Origin: a virus
Lineage: Duplodnaviria > Caudoviricetes
DNA: 56,698 nucleotides
Reading direction: 5' to 3' (one strand)
IMG/VR virus record: IMGVR_UViG_3300021356_000020
Coordinates: 1 to 56,698 of that record
Numbering within the stretch: the stretch's first letter is position 1; each line of letters opens with the position of its first letter. The notes beneath the pieces were generated by a model. The model saw only the letters and a list, made by a program, of their open reading frames with translations, had not been told where the DNA came from and did not search any database. Of this stretch, positions 28,747 through 39,077 are shown piece by piece. The translations under genes were made by a program, and so were the position numbers.

Positions 28747-29549
28747 TACAGGTTATAAACACAGAATGTGGAAATCTAAAGCTAGATGTTCCACGTAGAG
28801 TCTCCTTGATTAAGGATTATCCAAGATTAATTAATGACGACTCGTATAAGATTTACTGGGCGTGTGAACCAAAGGCTATGCTTATGGCTTGCGGCGGGCT
28901 TAGTAATCAGAATATCAAAGATGTTGCAGACAAGTTTGATGCGATTCTAACATATGACGAAGAGTTACTATCGCTACCAAACGCGCACAAATTTGTTTAC
29001 GGAACTTGTTGGCTAAGAGACAATATGTCTGGAGCAGACTATGAATATAGAGAAAAATCCTTTCAGATATCCCATCTTGTTGGCGGTAAAAACGCGGCGG
29101 AAGGACATCAAATAAGGCATCATATTTATGACAATCAACTTTCTATAAACAATCCTATTGACTTTTATATCAGCAATAGAATTCCAAGACCTAACACATT
29201 TAACAATAAGACTATAGGACAATTTAAATATGATCTATTTGACTCACAGTTTCACCTAGCCATAGAAAATTCAGTTCAAGCAAATTACTTTACAGAAAAA
29301 ATTATTGACTGCTTCTATGCTAAGACAATTCCTATATACTATGGATGTCCAAACATAGGAGACTACTTTGATACAGATGGTATTATAACTGTAAATTCCG
29401 CCAAAGAAGCTATTGATGTTTGTAACTCACTAGATGCTGAACTTTACAACTCAAAAATGGAGCATGTGGAAAAAAATTATGAATTGTGTCAACAATATGT
29501 TAATATCATACCTAGACTAGAAAAAACAATTATGGAGCTTGTTAAATGA
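28743..29549 (+). CDS. GT10-like (alpha-1,3-fucosyltransferase-type) glycosyltransferase
   Basis: FHLAIENSVQANYFTEKIIDCFYAKTIPIYYG. Confidence 0.8.
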   Translation: MIQVINTECGNLKLDVPRRVSLIKDYPRLINDDSYKIYWACEPKAMLMACGGLSNQNIKDVADKFDAILTYDEELLSLPNAHKFVYGTCWLRDNMSGADYEYREKSFQISHLVGGKNAAEGHQIRHHIYDNQLSINNPIDFYISNRIPRPNTFNNKTIGQFKYDLFDSQFHLAIENSVQANYFTEKIIDCFYAKTIPIYYGCPNIGDYFDTDGIITVNSAKEAIDVCNSLDAELYNSKMEHVEKNYELCQQYVNIIPRLEKTIMELVK

Positions 29550-30190
29550 AATCGACCCTATGTATAACCTGCTGGACAAAAGACGTACATCTAGTAGATA
29601 GCTGTTTAGATTATTTTAAAACACAGACTAGAAAGCCAGATGAGATAATTGTAGTTGGTAATGGACTACGAGAAATTCCAACAAGGCATGATGTAAAAAC
29701 GTTTTGCTGCGAAGAGCCTCAATCAGTAAGCTGGTCTAGAAATAGAGCCGCTGAAATGGCAGAGGGTGATATCATCATCTACTTCGATGTAGACGATATT
29801 CCACATGACCAAAAAATAGAATTGATCATGAAAGCCTTTGAAGAAAATGAAGACATAGACGCTGTTGTTCATACGTTTTCAATGAATCACCTATATATGT
29901 TTTCATATGATGAACTGAAGGTGGCAAAAATAGAACGGCTTGTAAAAGATCACCTTACCGACGAAAGAAATAAATACTCAGTTTCTCATGGTCACATGTC
30001 TATTAAAAAAGATATAGTTAAAGAAATAAAATACGATGAATCGAAACGATGGGGCGAAGATGCAGATTTCTGTAGAAAGGTACTATCACAATACAATATT
30101 TATAGATTGAAACATAAATTGTTTGCCTATAAGCCAAGCTACAGAGATGGAAACCGCTCTTGGTACTATGTCCCAGAAGGGGTAGAATGA
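29546..30190 (+). CDS. GT2 glycosyltransferase
   Basis: QTRKPDEIIVV, SRNRA, YFDVDD, GEDADF. Confidence 0.85.
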   Translation: MKSTLCITCWTKDVHLVDSCLDYFKTQTRKPDEIIVVGNGLREIPTRHDVKTFCCEEPQSVSWSRNRAAEMAEGDIIIYFDVDDIPHDQKIELIMKAFEENEDIDAVVHTFSMNHLYMFSYDELKVAKIERLVKDHLTDERNKYSVSHGHMSIKKDIVKEIKYDESKRWGEDADFCRKVLSQYNIYRLKHKLFAYKPSYRDGNRSWYYVPEGVE

Positions 30191-30903
30191 TGAAATTTTT
30201 AATGCAGTTTCCAACGGCATTTAGACCAAAGAAATTTACGGAATGTCTTTCTATTTACTTAGATACCTATAGTGGTAATCACCATCTACATTTCAATATT
30301 GTTTGCGATGCTGATGATGACTCTATGAACACGCCAGAAATCGTAAGTAAAATAGAACAAATGTTTAATGGAAAATCTAATTGCTCTTATGATCTATATT
30401 TTGACAAAGACACAACCAAGATTAGCGCTATTAACTCTCACATAAATGAGATTGTTGATAATTATGACATTGTGTATTGTGTGTCTGATGATATGATTCC
30501 ACAAGTAAATGACTGGGATGAAATTATTGTAAATGCTATGCAAGAAAATTTTCCAGAACTAGATGGTTGTATTCATATCAACACTGGAGACAGAGATTTT
30601 TGGACAGACTGGACAGAGGTAATTACGCTTTCTATACTTGGACGTGAGCTATATAAAGAATTTGGATATATTTATCATCCAGCATACAAATCTTTTTACT
30701 GTGATGACGAGTTTAGTGCTATCATGCATATGAAGGGAAAGATATTTAGAATAGACGAGAAGATCATCCGCCATGAACACTGTCAGCACAAAAACAATAG
30801 AAACTCTGGCACTGTTGATAAAGGCGTTGAAGTAAACAATAAAAACTGGTTCATTGATCAAGCGATGTTCAATAAAAGAAAAGCTCAGGGGTTTCCTAAA
30901 TGA
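30160..30903 (+). CDS. GT-A fold glycosyltransferase (start probably 30187 or 30190)
   Basis: KISAIN, CVSDDM, YCDDEF, IRHEH. Confidence 0.7.
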   Translation: MVLCPRRGRMMKFLMQFPTAFRPKKFTECLSIYLDTYSGNHHLHFNIVCDADDDSMNTPEIVSKIEQMFNGKSNCSYDLYFDKDTTKISAINSHINEIVDNYDIVYCVSDDMIPQVNDWDEIIVNAMQENFPELDGCIHINTGDRDFWTDWTEVITLSILGRELYKEFGYIYHPAYKSFYCDDEFSAIMHMKGKIFRIDEKIIRHEHCQHKNNRNSGTVDKGVEVNNKNWFIDQAMFNKRKAQGFPK

Positions 30904-31538
30904 ATGTAATATCCTTTAGCTTGTGGGGTAATATTGAAAGATATCACTTGGGAGTTTACGAAAACATAAAACTTGCAAAAGAGATATTTCCAAATTTTAA
31001 CATAGTAATATATTATGACGACAGCGTTTCAACGGATAGAATAAAAAATCTAGAAAATGAAGACGTTACATTGATAAACGCGACCCATATTCCATGCAAC
31101 TCTATGATGTGGAGATTTCTTGCGTCGGATACAGATGGAATATTCTTGTCAAGGGATTTAGATTCTAGATTAGGTTATAGAGAGAAATATGCAGTGGAAG
31201 AATGGTTAAATAGCGACAAAGACTTCCATATCATGAGAGATCATCCAGAACACGCCGTAAAAATTTTAGGAGGCATGTGGGGATCTAGAAATGGCATAAT
31301 GAAAAAGATACATGATATGATTTTTTCTTTTCCTGAAGTGGACCTGAGTGACCTGTATAAAGTGCAAGTTGATCAATCTTTTCTTGCAAAAGTTGTCTAC
31401 CCTATTGTAAAAGATAAATCTATGGTTCATGACGAATTCTTTGAAAGAAAACCTTTCCCACTTAAATCTCCAAAAAGAACCAGAACCTATTTTGTAGGTC
31501 AATCTTACGATGAAAATAATCAACCAATATATAGATAG
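30900..31538 (+). CDS. putative GT-A glycosyltransferase
   Basis: ISFSLWG, MMWRFL, SRDLDSR (DxD), HIMRDHP.H..ILGGMWG, DQSFL. Confidence 0.6.
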   Translation: MNVISFSLWGNIERYHLGVYENIKLAKEIFPNFNIVIYYDDSVSTDRIKNLENEDVTLINATHIPCNSMMWRFLASDTDGIFLSRDLDSRLGYREKYAVEEWLNSDKDFHIMRDHPEHAVKILGGMWGSRNGIMKKIHDMIFSFPEVDLSDLYKVQVDQSFLAKVVYPIVKDKSMVHDEFFERKPFPLKSPKRTRTYFVGQSYDENNQPIYR

Positions 31539-31546
31539 GAGTTACT

Positions 31547-32158
31547 ATGTTTAGTCAATATGGAGAAGAAAGAGTTATCAATAATTTCTTTAGCGGTAAA
31601 ACGGGCGGACTGGTCGTAGACGTTGGGGCTATGGATGGAGAAACTTATTCTAACTCAAGAGATTTAATTATAAATTACAACTGGAAAGCAGTTTTGGTTG
31701 AGCCACATCCAGATTTTTTTTCAGCGTTAGAAAAACTCTATTCAAACAATGACGACGTTATCATAAAAAATTTAGCGTGTTATCATGAAGAAAAAGTGCT
31801 TGATTTCTATGTTTATTCAGACGGAAAAGAATCTTGCGTTTCAACCGTTTCGAGTGATTTTAAAGAGAGAGTTATAAAGGCACATGGCGATAAGTTCAAA
31901 GCAGAGTCAGTAAAAGTCCAGTCCGTAAGGCTAGAAAAAATACTATCAGAATGTGAAAAAATAGATTTTCTTTCTATTGACTGTGAAGGTGTAGATATGG
32001 AGGTTCTTAGCTCTAATAATTGGTCTAAATATAGACCGTCTCTGATTTGCATAGAACATAGCATGAGTCACGAAGAATTACACCAATTTATGTCAAAAAT
32101 TAATTACAGTGTATACGATAAAACCGCTGGTAATACATTTTTCAAAGAAAATAATTAA
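31547..32158 (+). CDS. FkbM-family methyltransferase
   Basis: SQYGEE, VDVGAMDG..SNS, LVEP, LSIDCEG. Confidence 0.88.
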   Translation: MFSQYGEERVINNFFSGKTGGLVVDVGAMDGETYSNSRDLIINYNWKAVLVEPHPDFFSALEKLYSNNDDVIIKNLACYHEEKVLDFYVYSDGKESCVSTVSSDFKERVIKAHGDKFKAESVKVQSVRLEKILSECEKIDFLSIDCEGVDMEVLSSNNWSKYRPSLICIEHSMSHEELHQFMSKINYSVYDKTAGNTFFKENN

Positions 32159-32997
32159 TGATGAAATTACTTTTTATACAAGAAAACGGAAGACACGACA
32201 AGAATAGAAACTTTAGAGAGTGTTTCTCTTTACAGCGTGCCACTATCCACAACGGTCATGAAGCAGATGTATGGGGCTTAAATCACTCTGGATGGGAAAA
32301 TGAACCAGACTGGGAATCTTATGATTTAATTATAAACTTAGAGAACTACGATTCTACCGGTTGGGTTCCAAATCTATCAAAGGTTCAGACCAAGAAATTT
32401 ATATGGTCGATAGACGCTCATGTTAGAGGTATAGATCCATATTTAAAAACAGCAAACGAAGGAAACTATGATTTAATATTACAATCTACACCTGAGTATG
32501 TAGATCAAAATAGCATATGGTTTCCTAACTGTTATGATGATGATTTAATAAAACCTTTAAACATTGAGAAAAAATACAATGTTGGGTTTTGCGCTAATAT
32601 TGCAAACAGAAGAGACGCAATTATTCATATGATCACAAAGCACCAGATGAAATTCGAGGAGATGGTAATTGGAGACGATATGGTAACTGCTATAAATTCT
32701 TATAAAATACACTGGAACCTAAACATTTCTAACGATATAAATTATAGGAATTTTGAAACGATGGGGTGTAGAACACTTCTATTAACATCTCATAATAAAC
32801 ATTATGGAAAACTAGGATTTATTGATAAAATTAATTATGTTGAATGGTCAGATATTAACGAAATTGATGATATTCTACTAGAATTATTATCCGATGAGAA
32901 CAAGATAAGAAAAATATCCGAAGCTGGATATGAATTAGCTAAGAATAATCATACATATAAACATAGAGTAGAAACAATATTGGAGAATATAATATGA
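32158..32997 (+). CDS. CgeB/Glyco_trans_1_2-like glycosyltransferase
   Basis: INYRNFETMGC..LLT; C-terminal HTYKHRV. Confidence 0.75.
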   Translation: MMKLLFIQENGRHDKNRNFRECFSLQRATIHNGHEADVWGLNHSGWENEPDWESYDLIINLENYDSTGWVPNLSKVQTKKFIWSIDAHVRGIDPYLKTANEGNYDLILQSTPEYVDQNSIWFPNCYDDDLIKPLNIEKKYNVGFCANIANRRDAIIHMITKHQMKFEEMVIGDDMVTAINSYKIHWNLNISNDINYRNFETMGCRTLLLTSHNKHYGKLGFIDKINYVEWSDINEIDDILLELLSDENKIRKISEAGYELAKNNHTYKHRVETILENII

Positions 32998-33515
32998 ATG
33001 GACAAACAAGATTTGTAATAGATAGCCTCAAAGATGAAAAAATTAAATCTGTGTTGAATATTGGATATAGAATTAGTAGCGATCACACAATTATGAACCA
33101 TGTAAAAACAATGAATAAAACTTGGACTATACTTGAGGTATGGAAAGAGAATTGTGATCATATGAAACAGAAAGGTTTAGACGTTATTGAAGAAGATGTT
33201 AGAAATATAAAGAATTTAAATAGAAGGTTCGACGCAGTAATTTGGCTTCATGGTCCAGAGCATATTACGTGGGACGAATTTAAACAAGTTAGAAGCGACA
33301 TCGAAGAGAAAAGTAATCATTTAACTATATATCAATGTCCAATAGGCGAATACCCACAGGGAGCTTTGTATAACAACCCGTATGAAAACCATGTATCTAC
33401 AATTACAGCTGAGATGTTTACTGATTTGGGATATGATACTATAGAACACGTTTACGGAAAAGACCCGTTCGCCCTAGATGGGGAAAAAACAGTTAGCGCT
33501 TTCATAAGGAAATAA
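32994..33515 (+). CDS. class I SAM-dependent methyltransferase-like protein
   Basis: SVLNIG, ILEVW, EDVR, FDAVIWLHGPEH. Confidence 0.65.
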   Translation: MNGQTRFVIDSLKDEKIKSVLNIGYRISSDHTIMNHVKTMNKTWTILEVWKENCDHMKQKGLDVIEEDVRNIKNLNRRFDAVIWLHGPEHITWDEFKQVRSDIEEKSNHLTIYQCPIGEYPQGALYNNPYENHVSTITAEMFTDLGYDTIEHVYGKDPFALDGEKTVSAFIRK

Positions 33516-33516
33516 A

Positions 33517-34155
33517 ATGAATAATTTAACAAATTTAGGATTAAAATATGGAACAGACAAGGTTGACCAATATCACACGTTCTTAGGTGAAACTTACACC
33601 GATATATATTATCGTTACCTAAATCACCTAAGAGACAAAGAATTTAACTTTCTTGAAATAGGTGTTAAGACGGGCTGCTCTATAAAAATGTGGTCAGAAT
33701 TTTTTCCAAAAGCAAAAGTTGTGGGGGTGGATATTGACCCAAGATGCAAACAATATGAAGGCGGTAATGTTGAAATTCATATCGGATCGCAAGAAGATCC
33801 AGATTTTTTAAACACTTTAATTGAAAAATATGGATCATTTAGAGTAATATTAGATGATGGAAGTCATATTAACTCGATGATAATGAAATCGTTTGAAGTT
33901 TTAAATCAATACGCAACTGAATTTTATATCGTTGAAGATTTAAGAAATAGTTACGAAAATTTAACGCCACATGTTCAGTCTTGGCCGGGGATGAATTTGA
34001 ATAAAGATCTAGATGCCGACAATTCTAAGACTAGACCAAGGTTTAATGATATGATTTTAGATCTAATTAAGCAAATGGATTACAGAACAGGGCAGTGGTC
34101 TGGATTCTGCTTCCATGCACAAATGTTAGTTATGCAAAAAATCTGTAAGGAGTAA
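33517..34155 (+). CDS. sugar O-methyltransferase (class I SAM)
   Basis: KYGTDK, LEIGVKTGCS, GVDID, ILDDGSH, YIVEDL. Confidence 0.8.
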   Translation: MNNLTNLGLKYGTDKVDQYHTFLGETYTDIYYRYLNHLRDKEFNFLEIGVKTGCSIKMWSEFFPKAKVVGVDIDPRCKQYEGGNVEIHIGSQEDPDFLNTLIEKYGSFRVILDDGSHINSMIMKSFEVLNQYATEFYIVEDLRNSYENLTPHVQSWPGMNLNKDLDADNSKTRPRFNDMILDLIKQMDYRTGQWSGFCFHAQMLVMQKICKE

Positions 34156-34158
34156 GAC

Positions 34159-35094
34159 ATGAGGGTATTATTAACAGGAGCTACCGGGTTTCTTGGTAAA
34201 AACCTAGTAGAATATCTACCTAAATACTTAGGTGAACAATATAGAGTTTCTGGAATCGGATCTAAGCAATACGACCTAAGAAACCAACACGCATGTAGGA
34301 AAGCGCTAGAATACTTTAACCCTGATGTTATCGTACATGCTGCGGGATCTGTTGGCGGTATTGGTGCTAATCAAGAGAATCCCGGAAAGTTTATGTATGA
34401 TAATCTTATCATGGGTACAAACTTGATTGAAGAAGCCAGAGTAAAGAAAGTGCCAAAGTTTGTTTTGCTGGGTACGGTGTGCGCATATCCAAAACATTGC
34501 CCCGTTCCGTTTAACGAAGAAGAAATATGGGAAGGTTATCCAGAGGAAACCAATGCTCCATACGGCATCGCAAAGAAAACGTTGATGCGATTACTTCAAG
34601 CATACGGCGAACAGTACGGTATGCGAGGCGCAAATCTAATACCAGTTAATATGTATGGTCCTCACGACCACTTTAATCTCACTAGCAGTCATGTTATCCC
34701 TGCGCTCATACTTAAATTCTATAGCGCAATTAAAAATGGAGATCAGGTTGTTCCTATTTGGGGTACTGGCGAAGCGTCAAGAGAGTTTCTGTATGCTCCA
34801 GATTGCGCAGAGGCAATTGCGTTGGCAATCAAACATAACGTACCTCTAGATCCGATCAATATTGGAACCGGTAAGGAGATTAAGATTAAGGATCTTGTAC
34901 AAGAGATAGCAGATCAAATGGAGTATACGGGCGATATAGTTTACGAGACAGATAAACCAGACGGTCAACCTCGCCGCTGTCTTGATACAGGATTGGCAAA
35001 AGCACTCCTTGGTTTTGAGGCAAAAACAGATTTACAAACAGGACTAAAAGAAACCATCGAGTGGTTTTTAAACGATAATAATTGGGAGACTTAA
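34159..35094 (+). CDS. fcl: GDP-L-fucose synthase
   Basis: TGATGFLG, VGGIGAN, CAYPK, YGIAK, SHVIPAL, KPDGQPRR. Confidence 0.93.
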   Translation: MRVLLTGATGFLGKNLVEYLPKYLGEQYRVSGIGSKQYDLRNQHACRKALEYFNPDVIVHAAGSVGGIGANQENPGKFMYDNLIMGTNLIEEARVKKVPKFVLLGTVCAYPKHCPVPFNEEEIWEGYPEETNAPYGIAKKTLMRLLQAYGEQYGMRGANLIPVNMYGPHDHFNLTSSHVIPALILKFYSAIKNGDQVVPIWGTGEASREFLYAPDCAEAIALAIKHNVPLDPINIGTGKEIKIKDLVQEIADQMEYTGDIVYETDKPDGQPRRCLDTGLAKALLGFEAKTDLQTGLKETIEWFLNDNNWET

Positions 35095-35095
35095 T

Positions 35096-35524
35096 ATGAA
35101 CGTAGGAGTATTTTTAAATTCACCAGATAGTTCAGAAATGAATGTAGAACTATTTAACAACCTTAATAAACACGTAGAAGATAGTACATTTCAAGATGTA
35201 TCAGTGTTCTATAATAATATTGCATTTAATCCAGTAACACCCAAGTTCGGAATGTTTAATTCAACAGACCTTTGGTACTATACTGGAAAACTATTGGTTA
35301 TCGGTTTTGAAATTCTATCATCAATAGATTCAATTGTAAACAAGTTCGACGCATCTATTCTTTATGACGGTACTAAAAATATCATGAAGATCATTGACGC
35401 TATGAGCCGATATAATGTTATATGTGTTAATAGGGATCACTACGACTATATCAAGCGAGTTACCAACAAAGAACCTATTCTTGTTGAGAGCTTTGATATG
35501 AAAGACTTTGCAGAGGTGCTATAA
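35096..35524 (+). CDS. hypothetical protein
   Basis: GGAG RBS; operon packing. Confidence 0.6.
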   Translation: MNVGVFLNSPDSSEMNVELFNNLNKHVEDSTFQDVSVFYNNIAFNPVTPKFGMFNSTDLWYYTGKLLVIGFEILSSIDSIVNKFDASILYDGTKNIMKIIDAMSRYNVICVNRDHYDYIKRVTNKEPILVESFDMKDFAEVL

Positions 35525-36297
35525 TGGGAAAATCTTTAGAAGAAAAAATCATCCATATGTACAATGAAGAAAATAAGAGTACGTATGAGATTGCAGAAGT
35601 ACTAGAGACTTATCCTAATAAAATTAGAAGAACATTGAAGAAACATGGATATTCTTTAAAAAGCAAAAGCGATGCTCAAAAACTTGCTCTTGAAAGCGGC
35701 AGGATTGAACATCCCACAAAAGGAAAGAGTAGAACGCTAAAAGAAAGAATTAAAATTAGCTCTGGCCTTTCTTCACACTGGGATTCTATATCTGACGAAG
35801 AAAGAGAAAACAGGTCTAAGCAAGCAAAAGAAAGATGGGAAAAAATGGACGCTTCACAAAAAGCTAAAATGTCCGACCTAGCAATGAGTGCAATTAGAAA
35901 AGCTGGCAAAGAAGGATCTAAGTTAGAGAAATTCCTACTTGGAAAACTAAATCAAAGCGGATATACTGTAGAGGTTCATAATAAAAACTTAATTCCTACA
36001 GAAAAATTAGAAATTGACCTTTACATTCCTAAACTTAAAACTATAATTGAAGTGGACGGCCCGTCTCATTTCCTACCTATTTGGGGAGAAGAGAAGTTGC
36101 AGAAACAAATAAAAGCAGATTTACATAAATCAGGCTTGATTTTGAGTCGTGGGTTCGCTATAATTAGAGTAAAGGCGATGACAACTCCAAGTCTTAAACA
36201 AAAGGAGGAACTATCCCACAACGTTGTTAGCCTGTTAAAAGGCATTGAAAAGAAGTTTCCAGAAAAGACAGAAAGGTTTATAGAGGTTGATTTATAA
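35524..36297 (+). CDS. HTH + Vsr/DUF559-type endonuclease (homing-endonuclease-like)
   Basis: STYEIAEVL HTH; KGKSRT..ERIKIS NUMOD3-like segment; EIDLYIP..IEVDGPSH. Confidence 0.7.
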   Translation: MGKSLEEKIIHMYNEENKSTYEIAEVLETYPNKIRRTLKKHGYSLKSKSDAQKLALESGRIEHPTKGKSRTLKERIKISSGLSSHWDSISDEERENRSKQAKERWEKMDASQKAKMSDLAMSAIRKAGKEGSKLEKFLLGKLNQSGYTVEVHNKNLIPTEKLEIDLYIPKLKTIIEVDGPSHFLPIWGEEKLQKQIKADLHKSGLILSRGFAIIRVKAMTTPSLKQKEELSHNVVSLLKGIEKKFPEKTERFIEVDL

Positions 36298-37061
36298 TGA
36301 GTAAAGATAATGATTTGTTTGAAGATGTTGAACTGGCTACTCCTTCTAATACTCAGACCGGAGTTGTAGATGTTATTCAAGACGATAGACCAAAGACTAC
36401 AGATCCAGAGTGGAACGACTACGTTTTAAGTCTCTTTGATGATTCAGAGATGTATGATGGTCGCCCTCTTTGTCACGGTCTTCGTCGTGTCGCTGAACTT
36501 TTGTTTGGTGACATTATTTGTAGCAGACCTACCAAAGTATTTCCACCGCAGGATGATAATGGCATCGGTAGAGCCACGGTTATCTGGGAAATCGTGTTTG
36601 AGAATGGTCAATCGTTTAGTGACGTTGCTGATTGCTGGGAAGGCAATACAGACGACACATTTTGCGTCTTTAACACTGCTACAGCTGCAACGAGAGCAGA
36701 GGGTCGCGCTCTTAGAAAGGCGCTTAGATTGCGTGTTGTGGCGGCAGAAGAGATCACTAAGAAGAATACCGCAGAGATTGTCAAGAGTATTAGTCAAACT
36801 AATGCGATACAAAATACACAAGGAGAATATCAATCAACAGGTAGAATGACAGAGAACCAAGAACGGTTCATTGATGGTAAAAGTAAGCAGTTGGATATTC
36901 ATCCAGCAAAGCTATTTAAAGATGTATTCAATCTTTCTGTGTCAAAGAAGATTGATAAGAAACAAGCTAGTGATGCCATTGAAAGATTAAATGAGTATCA
37001 GCAAGACAAGAGTTCAATTCCAAGTTCAATTACTGGTTATCAACAAGATTGGAGAAGTTAA
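36297..37061 (+). CDS. putative single-strand annealing protein (Rad52/Sak-like)
   Basis: HGLRRVA...ATAATRAEGRALRKAL; C-terminal MTENQ..FI...QASDAIERL. Confidence 0.55.
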   Translation: MSKDNDLFEDVELATPSNTQTGVVDVIQDDRPKTTDPEWNDYVLSLFDDSEMYDGRPLCHGLRRVAELLFGDIICSRPTKVFPPQDDNGIGRATVIWEIVFENGQSFSDVADCWEGNTDDTFCVFNTATAATRAEGRALRKALRLRVVAAEEITKKNTAEIVKSISQTNAIQNTQGEYQSTGRMTENQERFIDGKSKQLDIHPAKLFKDVFNLSVSKKIDKKQASDAIERLNEYQQDKSSIPSSITGYQQDWRS

Positions 37062-37396
37062 TGAAGGTGAATTATCAAACCAGAAATGGTAGATTGAGTG
37101 TAGAGCTTAGTGGTGACGATCAAAAGGCAATCTTTGGCGAGATCGCTAAGTTCCAAGAGGTTTTTGAGGAAAGCGTTTGTGCCAAATGCGGATCTGATAA
37201 CATTCGGTTTGTTGTTAGAACTGTAGATGACAACGAATATTACGAACTACGATGTGCTGACTGTGGCGCACGTCTTTCATTCGGCGTAAACAAGAAGGGT
37301 GGAACACTCTTTCCGAAACGCAAAGACGCAGATGGAGGCTGGCTGCCAGATCGCGGCTGGGTCAAGTGGAACCCAAAAACTGAGCAGAATGAGTAA
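37049..37396 (+). CDS. zinc-ribbon protein (start probably ATG 37061)
   Basis: CAKCGS...ELRCADCGA. Confidence 0.65.
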   Translation: MEKLMKVNYQTRNGRLSVELSGDDQKAIFGEIAKFQEVFEESVCAKCGSDNIRFVVRTVDDNEYYELRCADCGARLSFGVNKKGGTLFPKRKDADGGWLPDRGWVKWNPKTEQNE

Positions 37397-37639
37397 CGAA
37401 GCTTTTGTGGTTTGGCATAACGTAACGAGCCGTAGTTAACGTAAAAACTACAGAAAAATAAATCGGCAACCCTGCTTTTACAGCTTGGCTAAATGTATCG
37501 CGCTGTAGATAACATAAAAGCTGTAGAATCATAAATCAGCGGACTGGCCGCCCTAAGCGGCCTTAACTAAGGTTTAATGGCTTGCCTATAAACGCAACGA
37601 TTTGTAGTTGACGTAAAAGTTATTAGAGAATAAATCAAA
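37395..37639 (+). ncRNA. array B: three structured RNA units (37395-37467, 37468-37540, 37565-37639) plus a CCTAA-loop hairpin at 37546-37562
   Basis: Same motif as array A, with compensatory changes. Confidence 0.8.
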
Positions 37640-37655
37640 TTTTTAAGGAGAAAAT

Positions 37656-39077
37656 ATGTCTGATTATATTAGCGTAGATGAAACTAGGAAGCGTGGCTCT
37701 AAGATTATGATTCCTAAAAAAGTTTTATCCGAGGACTATGTTAAAGAGTATAGAAAAGATATGGAAAAAGCCGTTCCGGTATTATTTTCATATATAAAAA
37801 GTCTAATTGAAAAATGGGGCGTTGAAAACATCGACATAAAACCTCAACAAATTACAGTTAAGGATACTGACGTAAACGATAATACTTTTATCGGATTTGA
37901 TGGAAATACTTATGAATATAGCTATTCCGTTGAATCTAGAACCGGAGAGACAAATAGTAATGGAAATCCAAAATACTACTGGACTGGCGGAAAAGACAAA
38001 GATTATTCATCTTTAGAAGATACTGATGTCATCCGATTTAAGAAAATAAAAGATACGTATTTTATCAATATGCTAGAATCTGTATTGCCAAATACAAATA
38101 AGGCTTGGAGAACAGAGATTTTTGCGTATTATATGAAAATGTTAACATCTAGAAAACGTGGAAATAAGTTTAGTGGTACGGCCCTTAACGAGAAAATTCT
38201 TGAAATGAACAGGCCGCCACAGCTAAGAAAAAACACGTTGCAATTTAAAGGTAATATTAGAATTCATACGGAAAAAGGCACTATTAGTTTTCTAACGCGA
38301 AATAAAGATAAGGATGGAAACTCAGTTAGATTGACTGTTCCATATTCTAAAAACCTTTGCGTAAAAACCTACGATGGAAAAAGCGGCAGCGCTGTTGGTG
38401 GAAACCTTGTAATCACAGAAGGAAAACATAAAAAGAATAATGTATTCATTGTGTTTGAAGACAAGGTTCATGAGAAGTTAACTCCAGATGATCCTACAAA
38501 ATGGGTTGGATTCGATATTAACGTGAAGTCAGAAGACTGGCTTACATTTTGGGATTGTTTCACACAAACCTCTTTTAAGTGGTCTAGAGGCGAATATGCC
38601 CAAAGATTGATTGATAAATTGAAATCTGTAAATAAAGAAATTGATAATACCAATCGTGGAAGTATTACCTCTAGCACAAGAAGAAGTAAAAGACTAGAAG
38701 TGGTAAAATATATTCCCAGAAAGATGGATAGATATATTGCTAAGATATTTCCACCTTTGATTAAGACTCTACGATCTCAAGGAAAGGGTTTGGCTATTGA
38801 TAGCGCTCGATTTGGAGCGAGAACTGGAAATCATTTTCAGGAAAATATTAACCGTGTAGTTCCTGAGCTATGTGAAAAATATGGCGTTCCGTACCACATA
38901 GTTAACTCAGTGAATACTTCTAAAATGTGTTCAAGTTGTGGTCATGTCACAACTAAGACAAAAAATAAGAAGCATCATGAAGAAGGAATCTACGAGTGTT
39001 CAAAATGCGGAAACGTAATAGACGAGCCGGTAAATGCGGCTAAGAATATCGCACAAACCGCTTGTAGAGAAAACTAG
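37656..39077 (+). CDS. TnpB/Cas12-like RuvC + zinc-finger protein, probably nuclease-impaired
   Basis: RuvC-I WVGFDIN, RuvC-II position LAIDS, TSKMCSSCG..YECSKCG, RuvC-III region DEPVNAAKNI; AAGGAG RBS. Confidence 0.8.
   Translation: MSDYISVDETRKRGSKIMIPKKVLSEDYVKEYRKDMEKAVPVLFSYIKSLIEKWGVENIDIKPQQITVKDTDVNDNTFIGFDGNTYEYSYSVESRTGETNSNGNPKYYWTGGKDKDYSSLEDTDVIRFKKIKDTYFINMLESVLPNTNKAWRTEIFAYYMKMLTSRKRGNKFSGTALNEKILEMNRPPQLRKNTLQFKGNIRIHTEKGTISFLTRNKDKDGNSVRLTVPYSKNLCVKTYDGKSGSAVGGNLVITEGKHKKNNVFIVFEDKVHEKLTPDDPTKWVGFDINVKSEDWLTFWDCFTQTSFKWSRGEYAQRLIDKLKSVNKEIDNTNRGSITSSTRRSKRLEVVKYIPRKMDRYIAKIFPPLIKTLRSQGKGLAIDSARFGARTGNHFQENINRVVPELCEKYGVPYHIVNSVNTSKMCSSCGHVTTKTKNKKHHEEGIYECSKCGNVIDEPVNAAKNIAQTACREN

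Noticed and set aside
37395-37639. TIGR-type array
   Set aside because: Units are 73 nt, lack box C/D-like motifs and paired spacers, and I see no Nop-domain protein in the window.
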